The notes beneath the pieces are model-generated. The model had not been told where the DNA came from, did not search any database, and was given only the letters and a program-made list of their open reading frames with translations. From the NCBI GenBank assembly GCA_965213675.1, contig OZ243916.1, positions 1,280,001-1,344,000 of the forward strand: DNA of 64,000 nt. The letters run 5' to 3'. The stretch comes from an uncultured Candidatus Binatia bacterium (lineage in GTDB: Bacteria; Desulfobacterota; Binatia; UBA9968; JAJDTQ01). The number at the start of each line of letters is the position of its first letter. Position 1 is the stretch's first letter. Position numbers and translations under genes: made by a program. Shown here piece by piece: positions 58,847-64,000 of the stretch.

Positions 58847-59281
58847 ATGACCGAGTTTGAAGCCGCAACCCTGGCGGTTCAGCAAGCCAGCCTCGCCCTA
58901 CAGCAGGGCCAACTGTGGGCCGCCATCGCCATCCCTGTCGTTGCCGCCGTGGTTGGCCTGTTGCAGGTCGGGGTTGTTGCCTACGGTATCCGCGCCATGA
59001 TCCGCGCCAACGCGGACCGGGCCGACGCCGAAATGCGCCGGGGCGAAGTGGACGCACGTCGGGCCGACGTGGACGCACGCCGGGCCGACGTGGACGCACG
59101 CCGGGCCGACGCCGAAATGCGCCGGGCCGAGGTGGACGAGCGCCGGGCCGACGCCGAAGCCGCCCGCCACACCGAAGTCATGACGCGCCTTGACCAACAG
59201 GGCCAAGCGCTCCAAGCCTTGGTTGCGGGCCTCGAACGGCAGGGGGCTGCCCTCGAAGCGGCTTTGAACGGGCGGGCCTAG
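58847..59281 (+). CDS. Hypothetical membrane-anchored coiled-coil protein
   Basis: Hydrophobic helix followed by heptad repeats; AGG-rich RBS. Confidence 0.7.
   Translation: MTEFEAATLAVQQASLALQQGQLWAAIAIPVVAAVVGLLQVGVVAYGIRAMIRANADRADAEMRRGEVDARRADVDARRADVDARRADAEMRRAEVDERRADAEAARHTEVMTRLDQQGQALQALVAGLERQGAALEAALNGRA
59018..59164 (+). repeat. Seven 21-bp in-frame tandem repeats
   Basis: Encodes RADAEMR RGEVDAR RADVDAR RADVDAR RADAEMR RAEVDER RADAEAA. Confidence 0.9.
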
Positions 59282-59390
59282 TGTCATGTCGCCGAGAAAC
59301 ATATATATCGACGCCATGTGAAGCGGCCTCGGTCCTGCCGCCCCAATGGAACTCTGTTCGACTGACTGCGCCATAGCAGCGGAGGCCACG

Positions 59391-60521
59391 ATGGAACCAG
59401 GAATGCGCTCTCTCGAAGAACTGAAGCCGGAAATTCTGCGCCGCGCCGGACGCGCCAATCCCTTTGAATGGGTCAAGCCGGAGGACGCCGAAGAGGTGGT
59501 CGGGTGGCTGGAATCCACCGAGGACGACCACTGGGCCGAAGCGTGGGCACGCATGGGCGCGCGCTACGAGGCGTTGGGCGAGCAGCAGGAAAGGAACGGC
59601 GAGCCGTGCGGCGCGTCCTACTATTTCGCCTACGACTATTACCGCATCGGGCGCTATCCGGTGGCGTCGACTCCCGGCAAGCAGGCTTGCTACGAGGCGT
59701 CGCTACGAAACTTCCTGAAGGCGGCCCCGCACATGGACCCACCGCTGGAACGGGTGGAGATCCCCTTCGAAGGGAAGTCGCTCATTTGCTACCTTCAGAT
59801 TCCCCGCGGCACGGAAAGGCCGCCGGTGGTGCTCCACTGGGGCGGCGTGGACGGCTGGAAGGAGGATCGGCGTCGGCCGAGCGAGGCGTTCCACCGGCTG
59901 GGCTTGGCGACTCTGACCATCGACATGCCGGGCGTGGGCGAAAGCCCCCTGCTCGCCACGGACCTCCAGGCGGAACGCACCTTCTCCGCCGCGCTCGACT
60001 ACCTGGAAACACGCGCGGACGTGGACGGCTCGCGCCTGGGCGCCATGGGCGGGAGCTTCGGCGGCTACTGGGCGGCCAAGGTGGCGCACGTGGAAGCGGG
60101 ACGGCTCAAGGGTGTCGTGGACTGGGGCGGCGGCGTGCACCTGACGTTCCAGGAAGAGTGGCTGCGGCCAGCGCTGACGACGCGGGCCGAACAATATCTC
60201 ATGGGCCCGGCCAGCCTGCTGGACGCCCGCGGCTACATCTTCCGCACCCGCGACCTCGACGAGATCCTGCGGCGCGCGCCCACGCTTTCCCTCGTGAGCC
60301 AAGGGCTCATCGACCAGCCCTGCGCCCCGCTGCTGCTCATCAACGGCAAGCTCGACGATCAGCATCCCATTGACGACTTCTACCTCTTGTTGGAACACGG
60401 CGACCCCAAGGATGTCTTCATCTTTCCGGACGGGGGGCACATGGGCCGCGTGCCCGGCAAATCCAACGAGCCGGCGCTGAACGCGCTGGTTCAATGGATG
60501 AACCGAAAGCTCACGGGGTGA
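59391..60521 (+). CDS. Alpha/beta hydrolase, paralog of 40309-41406
   Basis: HWGGVDGWKED, GGSFGGYW, NGKLD, GGHMG. Confidence 0.88.
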   Translation: MEPGMRSLEELKPEILRRAGRANPFEWVKPEDAEEVVGWLESTEDDHWAEAWARMGARYEALGEQQERNGEPCGASYYFAYDYYRIGRYPVASTPGKQACYEASLRNFLKAAPHMDPPLERVEIPFEGKSLICYLQIPRGTERPPVVLHWGGVDGWKEDRRRPSEAFHRLGLATLTIDMPGVGESPLLATDLQAERTFSAALDYLETRADVDGSRLGAMGGSFGGYWAAKVAHVEAGRLKGVVDWGGGVHLTFQEEWLRPALTTRAEQYLMGPASLLDARGYIFRTRDLDEILRRAPTLSLVSQGLIDQPCAPLLLINGKLDDQHPIDDFYLLLEHGDPKDVFIFPDGGHMGRVPGKSNEPALNALVQWMNRKLTG

Positions 60522-60578
60522 GGTCTCCGGGGTTCGCCGCGCCCGCGATGGCGGAACTCCGGCGGAAGGCGGGCGCCG

Positions 60579-61763
60579 CTACCCGCCGAAGAATCCTTCC
60601 CGGACCGCCCACAGCCAAAGGTGGGCGATCTTCTCGTTGTGCAGTTCGGAGTATCCCACGTGGCCGTAGCGCGGGATGAGAACGACGTGGCAGCCGCGGG
60701 CGCGGGCGGCGTACTTCGCCCCCATGAACATTTCGCGCTTGTCCTCCAGGCGTTCGCCCCGGATCCAGTGGCCCCGGTCGTTCTCCCCGACCACCAGCAG
60801 CACGCCCGTGTCCTTGAGCCAGTCGGGGTCAGGATCCTGAAGGTGGTCGTCGTATTCCTCCCGCGGCAGCCCGGTCAGCTCCACGTAGCGGTCGAGGATG
60901 CCCATGGCGGCGTTGTGCTGGTTGTCGCACAGGCTGGTCTTCATCTGCGAACGCATGGGATTGGCCCAGGCCATATATTCCTCGGGTCCGCCCCAGGGAG
61001 TCAGATCCTGCGGGTCCTCGTACCGGGCCGCGCGAAAGCTCTCGGGCGAACGCCGCGAGATTTGCTCCACCGGGATCTCGTGGTATTCCTCGGCGCCGGT
61101 GCGCTCGCGCCATTCCCTGCGCCAACCGTCGGGGCCGCCGGAACCGAAACCCAACAAGCCGGTGACCCGTGCGCTCCGTACGAAGCGGTGCAGGTGCGCC
61201 GCCATGGGGCCACCGGTGGAATGGCCGAAGGCGAGCAAACCCCGACCCGGCAGGTGTGTATCCGCGAGTAGCGCGGCTCCCTGAAGAATCGTGTTGAACG
61301 TGCACTTGAGATTGCGGTCGAGTATCTCCTTCAAGGGGATCTTCCGATCGAGAAGGTAAACCGGCATGCGCTCGGGCACGGGTTCGGTCCACACGCCGCC
61401 GGGCGGGTAGTGGCCCGGATAGGTGACGGCCAGGGTCATGAATCCCTGGGACGCCAGCACCCGCGCCAGGCCCGGACGGCCGTCCGGGGTAGTGTCCATG
61501 ATGCGTTCGCTGCCCGCGCCACCGTGGAACACCACCACTCCCCGGCCCGGCGCCGCCTCCCGCTCGGGGGCATAGAGCGTGCCGTGGATGTCCCACGCAT
61601 AGCCGTTGCGCTCGTAGCGCGCGGTCACCTCGCGCGCGGTGAAGCCGGTCTCCGGGTAGGGCGCGGGCATGGCCAGCCACCCTTCCCAGTCCATCCTCAA
61701 CAACAGCTCGGTGGATCCCAAGCCAGCCAGCAGTTTCTCGAGGGTCCCGTGTCGTGTGCTCAT
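60579..61763 (-). CDS. Uncharacterised alpha/beta-hydrolase-fold protein
   Basis: FHGG, GHSTGG nucleophile elbow, VVGEND, RYGH. Confidence 0.7.
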   Translation of the reverse strand: MSTRHGTLEKLLAGLGSTELLLRMDWEGWLAMPAPYPETGFTAREVTARYERNGYAWDIHGTLYAPEREAAPGRGVVVFHGGAGSERIMDTTPDGRPGLARVLASQGFMTLAVTYPGHYPPGGVWTEPVPERMPVYLLDRKIPLKEILDRNLKCTFNTILQGAALLADTHLPGRGLLAFGHSTGGPMAAHLHRFVRSARVTGLLGFGSGGPDGWRREWRERTGAEEYHEIPVEQISRRSPESFRAARYEDPQDLTPWGGPEEYMAWANPMRSQMKTSLCDNQHNAAMGILDRYVELTGLPREEYDDHLQDPDPDWLKDTGVLLVVGENDRGHWIRGERLEDKREMFMGAKYAARARGCHVVLIPRYGHVGYSELHNEKIAHLWLWAVREGFFGG

Positions 61764-61904
61764 ACGGGGCGGGGATACTACGGCAGGAAACCCTCGGTCA
61801 ATCCGCGAAGCGCTCTCGGTCAAATGGCATAGCGCCCGCGCGACCAAGGGTTCCAGCGCCATCACCTGCGACGGGTTCGCGCCCCTGGGACGTGACCCGG
61901 CTCA

Positions 61905-61939
61905 CGGAACGGGACCCCTGGCGCGTGGGTCCCGTTCCG
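61905..61939. repeat. 13-bp perfect hairpin downstream of the substrate-binding protein gene
   Basis: cggaacgggaccc / gggtcccgttccg; no U-tract. Confidence 0.65.
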
Positions 61940-61958
61940 CCACGGTCTCTGCTCTGCA

Positions 61959-63221
61959 CTATTTCATCTTGAGTTTGGTGCGCACATTGTCCGCAAGCTT
62001 CTTGATCGTCGATTCGGCGTCGGCCCCTTCGATGATGTCAACGAGCGCCGCGCCGATCAGGTCCGTAACCGCCACCCCTTCAGCCCCCGGATACGCGTAC
62101 CAGGGACCCGAGTAGGCCGCTACCTGGGCATGGGCGCGGCGTGAATTCTCGTTGCGTGCGTAGAACTCGCCGAGATAACTCTTGTCCTTGAGCACCAGCT
62201 CATTGGTTGGCGCATAGCCGGTGTTCTCCACCACGATCTTGGCGCCTTCCGGGCCGGTGGCGAACTGGATATATCTCCACGCGGCCGCCTGCTTCCTGGG
62301 GTCCTGCGTCAACATGACAATGGCGGAACCGCCCGTGGGGAAATACACGGTGGACTGGTCCTCCGCGGCCACGATCATGGGCAGCAACGTCACCTTGAAA
62401 CGTTCCCCGGCCCCGGCAACCACCCGCGTCAGGTAAGACGAGCTGTCGATGTAGATTCCGAGGGTGCCCGCGGCAAAGGCCTGACGCGCGGCTTTCCCGT
62501 CGTAGGTCTTCATGCCGGCTTCCTTGCCGAGTCGCGCGTAGACCTTTCCGGCCATCATTCCGGGCTCGGCGTCGAAGGTGATGTCGGTTTCGTCTTCGTT
62601 CATAGGCCGGCCGCCATAGGACCCCAGCATGCTCTGGAAACGCCAGTCATGCGCCGACACCCATACCCCGTCGATGTTGTCGCCAAGGGCGCTGATCTTG
62701 GCGGCGAGAGCGATCAAGCCGTCAAAATCGCGCGGGAAGTCGCCCACCGAGCCCCCGGCCTTGGCAACCAACTCCGGGTTGACATAGATCACCAGGGTGG
62801 AAGCGGAGGCGGCAATGGCGTACTGCTTGCCCTTGTACTGGCCGAGAGAGCGCAGCGCCGGCGTGTAACCCTTCGCCTCGAACTTGCCGGCGTCACCGAT
62901 GAAGCGGTCCAGCTCCACGGCCAAGCCGCGCGCCTGCAGGATGCGCCAGCGGTTCAAGCCGAGGAACGCCGCGTCGGGCAGCTTCTTGGCCACCGATTCC
63001 CGGAGCAATCGCTGCACGCCGGCGGCGTAGTTCTCCGCGGGCGCCTGGATCTCGATCTTGACGTCCGGATTGGCCTTCATGAACGCATCGGCGACCTTCT
63101 CCTGCACCTTCGCCCAGAGATTCGGGTGAGCATAGTGCAGTGTCAGCGTCACATCCGCGGCCATGGCCGAACCGGCGGCCAGGACACCTGCCAACGTCAT
63201 TGCGAAGAGGATCCTTTTCAT
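61959..63221 (-). CDS. ABC transporter substrate-binding protein (UgpB/carbohydrate family)
   Basis: Signal peptide, FMKANPDVKI, PTGGS, TGYAP. Confidence 0.88.
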   Translation of the reverse strand: MKRILFAMTLAGVLAAGSAMAADVTLTLHYAHPNLWAKVQEKVADAFMKANPDVKIEIQAPAENYAAGVQRLLRESVAKKLPDAAFLGLNRWRILQARGLAVELDRFIGDAGKFEAKGYTPALRSLGQYKGKQYAIAASASTLVIYVNPELVAKAGGSVGDFPRDFDGLIALAAKISALGDNIDGVWVSAHDWRFQSMLGSYGGRPMNEDETDITFDAEPGMMAGKVYARLGKEAGMKTYDGKAARQAFAAGTLGIYIDSSSYLTRVVAGAGERFKVTLLPMIVAAEDQSTVYFPTGGSAIVMLTQDPRKQAAAWRYIQFATGPEGAKIVVENTGYAPTNELVLKDKSYLGEFYARNENSRRAHAQVAAYSGPWYAYPGAEGVAVTDLIGAALVDIIEGADAESTIKKLADNVRTKLKMK

Positions 63222-63299
63222 CGGACAACTCCCTTCCTGTTATTTCCGCCCGAAACCGGGCAGCGCCTGTATTGCTTGCTCCATCGACACGCGATTGCG

Positions 63300-64000
63300 T
63301 CATCCCTTGAGTCCGCTCATGGTGATACCTTGGACGAATTTCCGTTGAGCCGCCAGGAATGCGATCACCAAGGGCGCGGTGACCACCGTCGCCGCCGCCA
63401 TGAGCGGGCCGACATCCGAGCCCGCCTCCTCGTCGCGGAAGAACAGGATGCCTCGCGGCGGCGTGGCGAGGTTCGGGTCGCTGATGGCGATCAACGGCCA
63501 AAAGAGGTCGTTCCAGTGGGCGACGACGGAGAAGATGGCGAAGGCGCTCACCGCGGGCCATGCGTTGGGGAAAGCGATGCGCCACACGATGGCCGTCTCG
63601 CTCAATCCGTCGATGCGCGCCGCGTCGATGATGCTGGCGGGAACCGTGGCGAAAAACTGCCGGAAAAGAAAGATGCCGAACACCGACGCGACGAACGGGA
63701 GGATCAGCGCGGTGTAGGAATCCAGCAGATCGAGTTGCGCGAAGCCCAGGAAAACCGGGATCGCGGTCACGTGGTAGGGCACCAGCAAGCCGGCCAGCAC
63801 CAGGCCGAAGAGCAGCCAGCGCAGGCTGAAGCGCCGATGGGCCAGGGCATAGGCACAAGGCACGGCGATGAGAATCTGAAAGAACAGAATACCCGCGCAC
63901 ACCACCACCCCATTGAACAGAAACCGGAAAAGCGGCACCTCGACGAACGCCTTCGCGTAGTTGCGCCACTCGATGCGGCTGGGAACCAGGTCGATTCCGG
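63300..64000 (-). CDS. Carbohydrate ABC transporter permease (partial, runs off the window)
   Basis: EAA loop IIDAARIDG, FLFRQFF, HWNDLFWP. Confidence 0.9.
   Translation of the reverse strand, partial: GIDLVPSRIEWRNYAKAFVEVPLFRFLFNGVVVCAGILFFQILIAVPCAYALAHRRFSLRWLLFGLVLAGLLVPYHVTAIPVFLGFAQLDLLDSYTALILPFVASVFGIFLFRQFFATVPASIIDAARIDGLSETAIVWRIAFPNAWPAVSAFAIFSVVAHWNDLFWPLIAISDPNLATPPRGILFFRDEEAGSDVGPLMAAATVVTAPLVIAFLAAQRKFVQGITMSGLKG

Overview
GC-rich bacterial chromosomal window. The gene repertoire suggests a Deltaproteobacteria-like heterotroph, but that is inference. In order: an IS3 remnant and a broken RelE/XRE toxin-antitoxin (TA) pair; a CBS-domain antiporter, VUT transporter, MFS transporter and methyltransferase; a UbiD decarboxylase / heme-oxygenase-like diiron enzyme / bicupin cluster converging on a three-subunit cobalt nitrile-hydratase/thiocyanate-hydrolase-like operon that ends in an M24 enzyme; a corrinoid salvage and uptake region (cobU, cobQ, cbiB, cobD, cobC, cobS, cobT, btuFCD, tonB, btuB) with two cobalamin riboswitches and an internally deleted MetE-like gene; adenine deaminase; a long minus-strand cofactor-maturation run (TPR, coxD, coxE, two xdhC-like genes, archaeal-type CTP-dependent riboflavin kinase, ubiX, two split-barrel flavin-binding proteins, amidohydrolase, sulfatase maturase); a decaying defence islet (TA pair, mrr, hicAB relics); a ZTP riboswitch ahead of a class V aminotransferase, serA and purA; a divergent GGT, a UvrD-family helicase, acetoacetate-CoA ligase, alpha/beta hydrolases and a sugar-type ABC transporter. 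No rRNA, tRNA or CRISPR array was seen. The best candidates for undescribed biology are the NHase/SCNase-like plus M24 operon with its UbiD-HDO-cupin neighbour, and the RibK-UbiX-flavoprotein module. All family calls come from motif recognition by eye; no searches were run.
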